Virus record (IMG/VR): IMGVR_UViG_3300038808_000030
Location: 1-55,131 of that record
Source of the DNA: a virus
Taxonomy: Duplodnaviria; Caudoviricetes
Direction: 5' to 3' (one strand)
Length of the DNA stretch: 55,131 bases
The number at the start of each line of letters is the position of its first letter. The stretch's first letter is position 1. Positions 1 to 7,771 of the stretch are shown in pieces. Both the position numbers and the translations under genes were made by a program. The notes under the pieces were generated by a model, which had not been told where the DNA came from, did not search any database, and saw nothing but the letters and a program-made list of their open reading frames with translations.

Positions 1-342
1 ACCCGCACCTGTTTCACAAGCGACCATATGATCGTACGGGATGCGACACCTAGGCACGGGGAAGTCGTCATCCAGGTCTGAGGGGTGGGGCAATGAAGGC
101 GGAGTCGGCTGACTGGGCCGCTCTCCTGCACCATCCTGATTTTCGATAAACGGAACGCTCAATGCACCTTTGAGCACTTGGGCAAAAAGAATCTCGACCT
201 TTACCGATTCGATTATCTGTTTGCTAGTTTCGCAGACCATTTTTGCACGATCTTGATCTAATGGCTTGCTTTGGTCGCAAAGATATTCCAGTTGATCAAA
301 TAAATGGGCTCGCAAATGGCCGATGTGTTTTGTCGATTTCAT
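1..342 (-). CDS. Phage hypothetical protein (LRxHLFxQLExL family), runs off the window's left edge
   Basis: Read manually: MKSTKHIGHLRAHLFDQLEYLCDQSKPLDQDRAKMVCETSKQIIESVKVE..., open to position 1. ATG overlaps the stop of 339..539. Confidence 0.75.
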   Translation of the reverse strand, partial: MKSTKHIGHLRAHLFDQLEYLCDQSKPLDQDRAKMVCETSKQIIESVKVEILFAQVLKGALSVPFIENQDGAGERPSQPTPPSLPHPSDLDDDFPVPRCRIPYDHMVACETGAG

Positions 343-539
343 AGATGTGCGAGGTGAAGTGATTCAAGCTGCGTCTCTATGTATGCCGCGTCGATGAGGG
401 CAAAGGCGCATGCTGCAATGGCGCGTGCTCTTTCAATGGGTATTTCCCGGTTGCTTTGAAGAATCGCCAGCGCATGATTCAGGCGATTCATCAGGTCATC
501 CATGTCTAAAGCATCAAGGTTGCCTAGTGTTGTTTTCAT
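339..539 (-). CDS. Small phage hypothetical protein, apparent paralog of the 1..342 product
   Basis: 66 aa with 4-nt overlaps to both neighbours; IERARAIAACAFALIDAAYIE parallels QDRAKMVCETSKQIIESVKVE. Confidence 0.7.
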   Translation of the reverse strand: MKTTLGNLDALDMDDLMNRLNHALAILQSNREIPIERARAIAACAFALIDAAYIETQLESLHLAHL

Positions 540-1291
540 GGCTTATGTCCTGGATTTATTAATTGATATTCCTCAATGTTTTTTAGGGCAGTTTTGAACC
601 GATTTTTCATGGCTTGAAGTTGGCGAAACTCCGGCGATTCATCAAGGACGATGGAAAGGCCCCGCTTTTTCTGAATGTTTAGCTGGCTTGCTTTTGTTTT
701 GACTGCGGTTGGGGCTCGATCCAGAATGTTGGCAATTTCTAGTATCGGCATTTGCCCATATAGATCGCGTAGAATTTTGATCTCGCTTTGACTCCACCTC
801 TTAAATGGTTTTTTCGGCGTTCCCGAGAGCTTTGTATGTTCCCGCAGAAGTCCTGAGCGTTTCGCTCTTTGGAGAATAGCCCGCTCTGTTCGGCAGAATA
901 TTTGCTCCAGTTCGTGCCAAGGAGTGTCGGAGTAAACTTCTTGGAGTCTATCTAAATCATCCGAAGACCATGCATCGGGGTGTGTATCAATCCTCTGCAA
1001 ACCAGCGCGGCTGGCCTTCCTGTAGATGGCGATCTTTGAGCGTGCGAATACGGATTCAAGTTCAGACCAAGAGGTCGTTGCATAAATTGCCTGCAGCTTT
1101 TCCCAATCTTCCGATGACCAGGGGTCCGGGCGTGTATCAATCCTTTGCAGCCCTGATCGATTTGCTTTCCTGCAGATAGCGATTTTTGAGCGGCCGAATA
1201 TCGATTCAAGTTCTACCCAAGGGGTTGTTGTATAAATGGACTGCAATAGTTCTAATTCCATCTTTGTCCATTCAATATTTTTGTTGCTCAT
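536..1291 (-). CDS. Protein with four tandem Myb/HTH-like repeats (W[TS]xxE/DxxxLxxxY...GRSxxAIxxKAxRxGL)
   Basis: Three 50-aa repeats plus a fourth divergent one. ATG 1291 chosen over the upstream start in the ORF track. Lower GC than the rest of the prophage. Confidence 0.8.
   Translation of the reverse strand: MSNKNIEWTKMELELLQSIYTTTPWVELESIFGRSKIAICRKANRSGLQRIDTRPDPWSSEDWEKLQAIYATTSWSELESVFARSKIAIYRKASRAGLQRIDTHPDAWSSDDLDRLQEVYSDTPWHELEQIFCRTERAILQRAKRSGLLREHTKLSGTPKKPFKRWSQSEIKILRDLYGQMPILEIANILDRAPTAVKTKASQLNIQKKRGLSIVLDESPEFRQLQAMKNRFKTALKNIEEYQLINPGHKP
830..1280. repeat. Imperfect 150-nt tandem repeat (3 units) encoding the HTH repeats
   Basis: GTGTATCAATCCTCTGCA at 982 and GTGTATCAATCCTTTGCA at 1132, exactly 150 nt apart. 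Confidence 0.8.
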
Positions 1292-1392
1292 TTGCGGCTC
1301 GAAATATATTTCCCCTCTCGTAAGCCTCAGAGGCTTACGGCAGGGGGAGTGCAACGAAGGCTGCACTTGAGAAAATGCGGTGTTAATCGGGC

Positions 1393-1680
1393 TTAAATCT
1401 CATACGCCGACCGATCCTTGCCGAGAATCCAAGTCGGGGGCTTGCCCCGGCCAGTCCATGTGACACCGGTTTCAGGGTTGCGGTACTTCGGCTGGCCCAC
1501 ACTCGCGGCCTGCTTGCCAGCAGCGGGAAACACATCGGCGGCTGTCAGCCCGTATTCAGTGGCCAGGGCGCGCGCCTGGGTGATGGCCGCCGCTTTCTCG
1601 GTTTTGAGTGCGGCGATGATCTGGGCGTCCAGTTCGGCCTTTTGCTGCAGCAGAGTCTGATATTGGGTTGTCATGTTCAT
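1393..1680 (-). CDS. H-NS family nucleoid-associated protein
   Basis: PKYRNPETGVTWTGRGKPPTWI signature and N-terminal coiled coil. Confidence 0.93.
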   Translation of the reverse strand: MNMTTQYQTLLQQKAELDAQIIAALKTEKAAAITQARALATEYGLTAADVFPAAGKQAASVGQPKYRNPETGVTWTGRGKPPTWILGKDRSAYEI

Positions 1681-1743
1681 GAGGGTGCTCCTGGGAAAAG
1701 TTGCCCGCGCAATGGCGGGCCATGGTTGAAAAACGAAGTGCGG

Positions 1744-1842
1744 TCAGCCGGTGAAGGCCGCCGCGAGCAGGAATGCGCCGGCAAAGCCTGTGCTGTCGGC
1801 CAGCAAGCTCATGCCGGCCACGGCGAGTAGAACGGCCCGCAT
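1744..1842 (-). CDS. 32-aa hydrophobic peptide
   Basis: MRAVLLAVAGMSLLADSTGFAGAFLLAAAFTG starts 1 nt after the upstream stop. Confidence 0.4.
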   Translation of the reverse strand: MRAVLLAVAGMSLLADSTGFAGAFLLAAAFTG

Positions 1843-1843
1843 G

Positions 1844-2977
1844 TCAGGCCTTCGCTGCGCTGTCGCGCACGTCTTCGATGTGCGCAATGAGGAGATTGCA
1901 GAGCGCCGTGAAATCCTCGGTAGCCATGTGCACTGCGCCGCGGCTGCGCTCAATCAAGATCCCTACCGCAACCAGCGTTTCGGCGTCGATCTTGAGCAGG
2001 CCGAGGGCTGCATTGATCGCGCCGATGGTCATGGTCTGGCCATCCACGATCAGCTGAGCCAGGGACGCGCGCTCCTGTGGAGCGGGCCTCGGCGGCGGCG
2101 CCTGGCGCACAGCTGGCGTGGGCGCCGGGGCGGCCTGGGCGTGGGCCAGCACCTGGGATGTGATGCCGGGTGCAGCTGTCGCGGCGGCGGGGGCCGTTGC
2201 TTCCAGCGTCATCTGTTGGACAGGGGCAGCGGTGGGTGCTGGTGCGGGCGCTGGTACGGCCGGTGCTGGTGCCGCAGCCTGCGCTGTGGCGGCTGCCAAA
2301 GCTGCCTTGGCCTCGGCCAGCTCGTGCGCCAGGCGCTCGTTCTCCAGTCGGGTGCGCTCGGTTTGTGCCAGCGCACGCAGCGCGGCCACAGTGCTGTCGC
2401 GCGTCAGCGCTGCAGCTCCCGCGAACTCCTCCCATTCCTCGCCAAACTGCAGGTCCTCCAGCGCAGCAATGGCGCGCTCGATGGCCTCGACGGGCTGGCC
2501 ATAGGCTTGGTCAGCGTAGGCGCGCAGCTTCTCCAGATTCTGGCGGTGCTGGGCCACGCGGTCCGCTTCTGCCTTTTCGCGTGCGGCTTTCTCGTCCGCC
2601 TTGCGTTTCTCCTCGGCCTTGATCTGCCCGTCCACATGCTCCTCGATCGGCTTCACGATGGCCACCAGGCGCTCCACCTCGTCGGCCATGGTGCGCTTGA
2701 GGTCGTTGACTTCGCCCTTGATGCGCGTTTCGGTGCGTGTGAGCAGCAGCCGGCCGTTGTCGCGCAGGTCAGCGCGGGCGGCGACGGCTTCCCTCATGCC
2801 TTTGGGCGTGGCCACGGCATAGGCCACGTCGCGGTATTTGTCGGCCAGAGCCTGCATGGCCGGCTCGGCCTCGCGGAACTGCGCAAGCACAGCCTCGCGG
2901 ATCGATATGGGCGTTGTGAGGACGGCGCCGGTACCAGGGGTGGGCGCCGCCGCCACGGCGGTGGTGGCTTCGGTCAT
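1844..2977 (-). CDS. Coiled-coil phage protein of the recombination module
   Basis: 377 aa, Ala/Glu/Lys-rich helical N-terminus and Pro/Ala linker; follows the exonuclease and ERF genes. Confidence 0.75.
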   Translation of the reverse strand: MTEATTAVAAAPTPGTGAVLTTPISIREAVLAQFREAEPAMQALADKYRDVAYAVATPKGMREAVAARADLRDNGRLLLTRTETRIKGEVNDLKRTMADEVERLVAIVKPIEEHVDGQIKAEEKRKADEKAAREKAEADRVAQHRQNLEKLRAYADQAYGQPVEAIERAIAALEDLQFGEEWEEFAGAAALTRDSTVAALRALAQTERTRLENERLAHELAEAKAALAAATAQAAAPAPAVPAPAPAPTAAPVQQMTLEATAPAAATAAPGITSQVLAHAQAAPAPTPAVRQAPPPRPAPQERASLAQLIVDGQTMTIGAINAALGLLKIDAETLVAVGILIERSRGAVHMATEDFTALCNLLIAHIEDVRDSAAKA

Positions 2978-2987
2978 TGGGTTTTCC

Positions 2988-3875
2988 TCAGAAAAGTTCG
3001 GGGAGCGCGACAGCTGCAGGCGCGGCGGCCTTGGGCTGTGGTGCTTGCTGCCCGGTGGCAGCAGGGGGGCGTTTGGCCGTGGCCAGGGCCTGAGCGGTCG
3101 CAGCGGCCGCGTCGGCGCCGAGCGCGGCGAAGTGCGCGGGCTCCGGGTGCGTGGCTGCGAATTCCTCCACGCACTGGGCGTAGTAGGCGCGGGCGGCCAG
3201 CAGCTTGACGTCCATCTGGCGCTCCAACTCCCGGTCGCGTTCGATGCACCAGGTCGTCAACCTCAGGTGCTCAGGGATGTGGCTGACCAGGTGCAGCTCC
3301 TGCGGCTCATACGGGCCCAGCAGTTCCTCGGGCGTGTCCACCATGGCGTAGTTGACTTCCCAGCGGTCCAGATCCCACAGCCGCATGTAGCCGCGCATTT
3401 GCCACGCATACAGCGCGTCCTCGCAGTCTTTCACGAAGGCCGGGAAAGTCTGCAGGCTCCAAGAGGATTTCAGATCGTGGCCGCAGCGGCGCGGGCCCAG
3501 GTCCACGGTGTCGGCTTCGCCTGTGATCAGGCCGTCGTCGCGGCGCTCGGCGTTCTTCACCAGGGCCAGACCGCGCACGCGGTTCAGCAGGGCAAGGCTC
3601 TCGGCCTCTACAGCCACGCCCTTGTCTGTGTACTTGCTGGACACCTCGAAGTCCACGCCCCAGATTTCCTGCCGCACCAGTTCCCGGATATAGGTCTTGG
3701 CGCCTTCGCTGAGCGTGCGCAGCTTGAGCGCTTCGAGCACGGCCTTGTCTTCGTCCGAGCGCTTGCGGCTGTCGATGATGGTCTGTACGTCGGGCGTGAC
3801 CAGGGCCGGGTCGATGCTCTTGGGCTCGGTCATCAGCTTGCCGATGCTGCTGCAGCGGAACAGGATTTCCCTCAT
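2988..3875 (-). CDS. Phage exonuclease, YqaJ/lambda-exonuclease-like PD-(D/E)xK fold
   Basis: FRCSSIGKLM, KGVAVEAE, ITGEAD, HDLKSSW, YAWQMRGYM motifs. Confidence 0.8.
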   Translation of the reverse strand: MREILFRCSSIGKLMTEPKSIDPALVTPDVQTIIDSRKRSDEDKAVLEALKLRTLSEGAKTYIRELVRQEIWGVDFEVSSKYTDKGVAVEAESLALLNRVRGLALVKNAERRDDGLITGEADTVDLGPRRCGHDLKSSWSLQTFPAFVKDCEDALYAWQMRGYMRLWDLDRWEVNYAMVDTPEELLGPYEPQELHLVSHIPEHLRLTTWCIERDRELERQMDVKLLAARAYYAQCVEEFAATHPEPAHFAALGADAAAATAQALATAKRPPAATGQQAPQPKAAAPAAVALPELF

Positions 3876-4633
3876 GCTGCGCTCCTCGTTGCGGCGTTGA
3901 AGGCGATGAGGCCGGCGCGGTCGTGGGTCAGCGCAGCGCGGCCATCGCGGCAGCCTTTGTCAAATTCGTCCGTCCCGCGCACGCTGATGATGTAGTCCAC
4001 CCAGCCCTGGGCCAGTTCGGAGAGCGGCGCCGCCGCGCCGCCCTGGCCGTCGTCATCCTCCCCGGCCTCGGCCACGCCCGTAATTTGCTTGAGCGTGTGC
4101 CGCTGCAGGTAGGTCGTGGTGGAAATGATGGCCTGGATGGCGTTCTTGCCGCCTGTCTCGTCGGGCTGGGCCGTCAGTTGGACTGTCTCGGCATGGCCCA
4201 GGCGGTGCCGCAGCGTGCAGACCACGGTGATGTCGCGGCCGACCTGGTGCGTCTTCCACGACCAGGCGAAGCCATGAACGGAAAGCTCAGGGCCCACGGC
4301 CTGCACAACGTCGTCCAGCTCGGCATGCTTGTAGCTGGTCCTTCCGCCTTTGCTGGGAAAGTCCACCAGCTTTCGCTTCACGATGCGGATGTTCTTGGCC
4401 TTGAATGCGGCCAGGGCTTCGTTGTAGGCCTTCTCGGCCTCGTGGCGCTCGTTGCGCTCCAGCAGATCCATCATCTTCTCGATCTGGTCCGTAGCTGCGC
4501 CGCGCTCCTGCAGCATCAGCATGAAGTTGGCCGCGAGGGACGTGGGGAGCGCGGCGGGAATGGGGGCGGGCGCGGCGTCTGCAGCCGGCACCAGTTCAAG
4601 GGCTGCGGCTTCTTTCTGGGAAACGGCGTTCAT
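3872..4633 (-). CDS. ERF-family single-strand annealing protein
   Basis: YKHAELDDV, LRHRLGH, KNAIQAIISTTTYLQRHTL, EDDDG motifs. ATG 4633 preceded by GAGG. Confidence 0.88.
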   Translation of the reverse strand: MNAVSQKEAAALELVPAADAAPAPIPAALPTSLAANFMLMLQERGAATDQIEKMMDLLERNERHEAEKAYNEALAAFKAKNIRIVKRKLVDFPSKGGRTSYKHAELDDVVQAVGPELSVHGFAWSWKTHQVGRDITVVCTLRHRLGHAETVQLTAQPDETGGKNAIQAIISTTTYLQRHTLKQITGVAEAGEDDDGQGGAAAPLSELAQGWVDYIISVRGTDEFDKGCRDGRAALTHDRAGLIAFNAATRSAA

Positions 4634-4653
4634 GGGAACCTCGCAGGTTGTGG

Positions 4654-4680
4654 AAAAAGAAACGCCCGCAGAAGCGGGCG
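4654..4680 (-). terminator. Rho-independent terminator, leftward operon
   Basis: CGCCCGC-4nt-GCGGGCG stem followed on the minus strand by TTTCTTTTT. Confidence 0.75.
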
Positions 4681-4718
4681 ATGGTCGGCGCCGGTGAGGC
4701 GCTTGGTGAATGGGGCGG

Positions 4719-4877
4719 TCATTCCGGGTCTTCCGGATCGCCGCGCATTTCCCTGACGTATGCCAGGTAGCGAGCGCCGCCAGCGGGCCAGGCCCTGTCC
4801 AGCTTCTGTGCGGTTTCCTCAAGCCACTCCATCAGCAGCGGCACCTTCTCGGCGTCGGTGAGTTCGGAGAGCTTCAT
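4719..4877 (-). CDS. Small hypothetical protein (52 aa)
   Basis: MKLSELTDAEKVPLLMEWLEE...; ATGA overlap with upstream ORF. Confidence 0.6.
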   Translation of the reverse strand: MKLSELTDAEKVPLLMEWLEETAQKLDRAWPAGGARYLAYVREMRGDPEDPE

Positions 4878-5083
4878 GGCTTTTCGCGGTGGCATTCCAC
4901 TGCGCTCTCGCTCACCCATTCGGCGTGCATGCCGGGACACGCCAGCGCGCTGACGGTGGCGGGCGGGGCCTTGCCGGGCTCATCGTCCAGCGTTGCCTGT
5001 AGGCACAGCAGGCTGATGCCCAGCAGCATGGCAATCAGCCATGCCAGCGGCGGCGGGTCCGGGATTTCGTCACGTTGGTGCAT
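4874..5083 (-). CDS. Small membrane protein
   Basis: GAGGAG RBS; TM segment LAWLIAMLLGISLLCLQA; CPGMHAEW..C motif. Confidence 0.65.
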   Translation of the reverse strand: MHQRDEIPDPPPLAWLIAMLLGISLLCLQATLDDEPGKAPPATVSALACPGMHAEWVSESAVECHREKP

Positions 5084-5096
5084 GGTGGCTCCTCGA

Positions 5097-5438
5097 TCAG
5101 TGGCGGTTTCGTTGAAGGTCTGCGATGTCTTCGCGGGCACGTTGGCGGGCATAGGCTCGCAGCCACTCGTCCATGGAGTTGCCCATGACGGTCAGCTGCG
5201 GGTGTTCGGGGTTCAGGCTCTGGCCCATGCGCTCGCTGGCTGCGGCGATCTGCTGGGCCAGGTCGTACTGCGCTGCCTGCAGGGCCTCCTGCACAAACTC
5301 GGCAGTGAAGGGCGGGCCGTAGTACTCGCGGACGTAGTTGTCCAGTGCGGTGTCTTCTGCCTCGGCGCGGTCTTCCTGTGCCGCGCGCTCGGCATCGGCC
5401 ACTGAGGCCCAGCAGATAGAGGGGAGTCGTGCGTTCAT
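5097..5438 (-). CDS. Hypothetical phage protein
   Basis: GGAGG RBS before ATG 5438; phage-like codon use. Confidence 0.65.
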   Translation of the reverse strand: MNARLPSICWASVADAERAAQEDRAEAEDTALDNYVREYYGPPFTAEFVQEALQAAQYDLAQQIAAASERMGQSLNPEHPQLTVMGNSMDEWLRAYARQRAREDIADLQRNRH

Positions 5439-5458
5439 AGGCTGGGCCTCCAGAAATG

Positions 5459-5485
5459 AAAAAGGGCCTGCGTGTGCAGGCCCTT
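5459..5485 (-). terminator. Rho-independent terminator
   Basis: 10-bp perfect stem AAGGGCCTGC/GCAGGCCCTT plus T tract on minus strand. Confidence 0.8.
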
Positions 5486-5626
5486 GTGGGTGGGTCGATG
5501 GAGCCGGGTCAGAACCCACTCCAAAGGTTGAGATTGCCGGATGGCTCCGGCTCCATCGCGGCAACGTCCTGAAGGCAAGGCGCTGGCGTGATGGATGCAT
5601 GCTCAAAGTCGGCTGCAGAGGCGACC

Positions 5627-5663
5627 AAAAGAAAAGGCCCGCAACCTGTGAAGCTGCGGGCCT
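5627..5663 (-). terminator. Rho-independent terminator
   Basis: AGGCCCGCA/TGCGGGCCT stem then TTTCTTTT on minus strand. Confidence 0.75.
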
Positions 5664-5693
5664 GATTAAAAAAATGGAGTTCTGCGGCGTGCT

Positions 5694-5933
5694 CTAGTTT
5701 GGGGAAGACTTGGCAGCCGCTGACAGCTTTTTGATGTACTCATCCAAGGTCGCGTCGCGTGAGTGAGCCTCCTCGGGTGAGACCCCATCTGGGACCTGTA
5801 GAGCTTCGCGGTGGATCTGCAAGCCAACGGCCGCATGCGCAGCGCTCGAGCGAGGTAGGGCCGAGATCACAGCGTCCAGTGTCAGAGATAGCGCGAGAAC
5901 TCGCCCCTTCACTTCGTCAAATTCCTTGGTCAC
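5694..5933 (-). CDS. Hypothetical protein (79 aa) flanked by terminators
   Basis: GTG start, (M)TKEFDEVKGRVLALSLTLDAVISALP...; moron-like. Confidence 0.55.
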   Translation of the reverse strand: MTKEFDEVKGRVLALSLTLDAVISALPRSSAAHAAVGLQIHREALQVPDGVSPEEAHSRDATLDEYIKKLSAAAKSSPN

Positions 5934-6018
5934 AAATTGCTCTCGTCTTGAAATGGTTCTCCATTTTAAGAAAGCGTTGCCGGCGTCCTGTAGGCAAGCT
6001 GCTGAGGTGACGGTAGAC

Positions 6019-6044
6019 AAAGAAAAAGCCCGCTGTGCGGGCTT
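6019..6044 (-). terminator. Rho-independent terminator
   Basis: AAGCCCGC-3nt-GCGGGCTT stem plus T-rich tail on minus strand. Confidence 0.75.
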
Positions 6045-6215
6045 GGGTTCGGAACGATGGCTGCCGTGTACGCCCCGGCTTTTTTCCAACATCAACAACA
6101 ACCGAAAGGGCAGACCTTTCTGTGCAGGTGGGCAACTACCTGTCACGCCATCGCGGCGGCGTCCTGAGGAAGGGCGCCAGCGTGATGGCCCTGGCCAATG
6201 CCAGGGCACGCGGTT

Positions 6216-6335
6216 CTACTTTAACCAGGTCTTCACGACCTTGAGCATTTCAGAGGGCCGCTTGTACTTGGCGCCGGCCCAGAAGCCGGCGGCAAACAAG
6301 GTGACGCAGAACGTAAGCAGGATGAAATCGACCAT
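6216..6335 (-). CDS. 39-aa single-TM peptide (not in ORF track)
   Basis: MVDFILLTFCVTLFAAGFWAGAKYKRPSEMLKVVKTWLK, 3 nt after the vWA stop; followed by an 8-bp hairpin at 6188-6207. Confidence 0.65.
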   Translation of the reverse strand: MVDFILLTFCVTLFAAGFWAGAKYKRPSEMLKVVKTWLK

Positions 6336-6338
6336 GGG

Positions 6339-6950
6339 TCAGCCGTCGATGGCTGCCAGCACCAAGTCGGCAGTGGTGGCGAATGCTTCGGCCTCGGCCA
6401 CGGTCTTGGCATCCACGATGTCGAACTTGGCGCCCTTGAGGTTGTCGTCCAGCTCGCGCAGGTAGTCGGTCGCGGCGCGATCGTGGCCCACCTGGATGAA
6501 CAGGAAGGTGAGGTCGTCATCGCTCTGCAGCTTGTTGGATGCGTCCACGATGACCCGTGCGGCGGCGGCCTTGTCGTCGGGCACGCCGTCCGTGAAGACG
6601 ATCACGAAGTCCTTCTTGTCGGACTTACCGGCCAGCTTGAGCGCGGCGGTGAGGGCTTCGGCCAGAGGGGTGGAGCTGCGCGGCTGGCGGGCGGCGAACA
6701 CATCGGCCAGCTTGGCGGCGTTCACGCCGTCGAACGATTCCACGCCTTGGCCGCTGAACACGACCACGCCGATGCCGTCGCTATCGATCTTGTCCAGCTC
6801 GCGGGCGAATTGGCCGACCGTTTCCTGCATGGATTCCCAGCGCGTGCGGCCCTTGACGTCATCAATGGTCATGGAGCCGCTGGCATCGATGGCAACGATG
6901 AAATCGAACTCGGACAGCTTTGCCAGTTGGGCGGCGAGAAGTGCGGACAT
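6339..6950 (-). CDS. Stand-alone von Willebrand factor A (vWA) domain protein
   Basis: Complete MIDAS: IDASGSM, STPL, VFTDG. AAGGA RBS before ATG 6950. Confidence 0.9.
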   Translation of the reverse strand: MSALLAAQLAKLSEFDFIVAIDASGSMTIDDVKGRTRWESMQETVGQFARELDKIDSDGIGVVVFSGQGVESFDGVNAAKLADVFAARQPRSSTPLAEALTAALKLAGKSDKKDFVIVFTDGVPDDKAAAARVIVDASNKLQSDDDLTFLFIQVGHDRAATDYLRELDDNLKGAKFDIVDAKTVAEAEAFATTADLVLAAIDG

Positions 6951-6993
6951 GTGTTTTCCTTGAGAGCGGGGAGAGGGCGCCCCGAGTCGCCAT

Positions 6994-7035
6994 AAAAAAA
7001 CGCAACGCCCTGATTGCAAGACGCTGCGTTTTTTC
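6994..7035. terminator. Bidirectional terminator-like hairpin upstream of the vWA gene
   Basis: A7-CGCAACG...CGCTGCG-T6. Confidence 0.6.
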
Positions 7036-7330
7036 CCCGGATCTGGTCCGGGATGGGTATTGCTCGTGCTTTCCGAGCTGTCAGCGCTTGCGCGCAGGGC
7101 GTTTCTGTTCTTGGCCTCCCTGTTTGCCTCACCTCATTGCCCGTCTACGGCGCTTGGCCGACTGGGCCTGGCAGGACTGCCAGAGCAGAGCAGTGGCCCA
7201 TGCCCACTGGTGCGTGTGCCGGGATGCCTCGCAGGTGAGGCAAACATCGGCTGCAATTTTTGAAAGACCGGGGCAAGCCCGGCCATTGCCGCGGAGCCCG
7301 TCAACAGCGAGATTGCTGCTGACGGATTGG

Positions 7331-7371
7331 ACTTTATCAAAAGATACTGATCTAAGCAATATCAAAAGATA
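7331..7371 (-). promoter_or_regulatory. PL promoter with two OL operators
   Basis: Minus strand TTGCTT-N17-TAAAGT (7359-7331); TATCAAAAGATA at 7335-7346 and 7360-7371. Confidence 0.75.
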
Positions 7372-7430
7372 CTTTCGTTGGTAAAAAAAAAGGTCAGCAC
7401 CGGCATCAACTGATGCGTGCTGACCTGGAT

Positions 7431-7688
7431 TCATGGGTGGGTTTGATGTGGAAGCGCTTCCGTGGCTTCGTGCAGCATGCTGTAGGCCTGCATCAGCACG
7501 CTATGGACGGAAGCTTGGTCATGCCTTAGAGATAAAGCGCACAGTTCCACCAAGTCGGCGGCACTTTCAATACGCCCTCGCGCGAAAGCTTCTTGCTCCT
7601 GCACAGTCCCAAGGCAGAGCAGGCCGCCGCCGTAGTGATGTATGGATCTGGCCGACCGCGTCGGACTGGAATCTTCGCCTGTGCTCAC
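7431..7688 (-). CDS. LexA-regulated small protein, candidate antirepressor
   Basis: 85 aa, GTG start, directly downstream of an SOS-boxed promoter; function inferred from context only. Confidence 0.55.
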   Translation of the reverse strand: MSTGEDSSPTRSARSIHHYGGGLLCLGTVQEQEAFARGRIESAADLVELCALSLRHDQASVHSVLMQAYSMLHEATEALPHQTHP

Positions 7689-7701
7689 TCTTGCCTCTGG
7701 A

Positions 7702-7746
7702 TACTGTGAATACGTACAGTATTCCCGGGCGAGCGAAGTTTGTCAA
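7702..7746 (-). promoter_or_regulatory. LexA (SOS) box overlapping a sigma70 promoter
   Basis: TACTGTGAATACGTACAGTA (CTGT-N8-ACAG, 7704-7719); minus strand TTGACA-N17-AATACT with -35 at 7746-7741. Confidence 0.85.
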
Positions 7747-7771
7747 ATTGAAACTTGATAGCAGGTTTCTA

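Noticed and set aside
4681-4718. Possible third, partial copy of the duplicated leftward RNA element upstream of the 4654-4680 terminator
   Set aside because: Only about one arm is similar and the closing stem is not convincing.
6160-6175. CTGAGGA resembling the hammerhead ribozyme core CUGANGA
   Set aside because: The second copy reads CTGAAGG and no correctly placed GAAA or three-stem junction is present.
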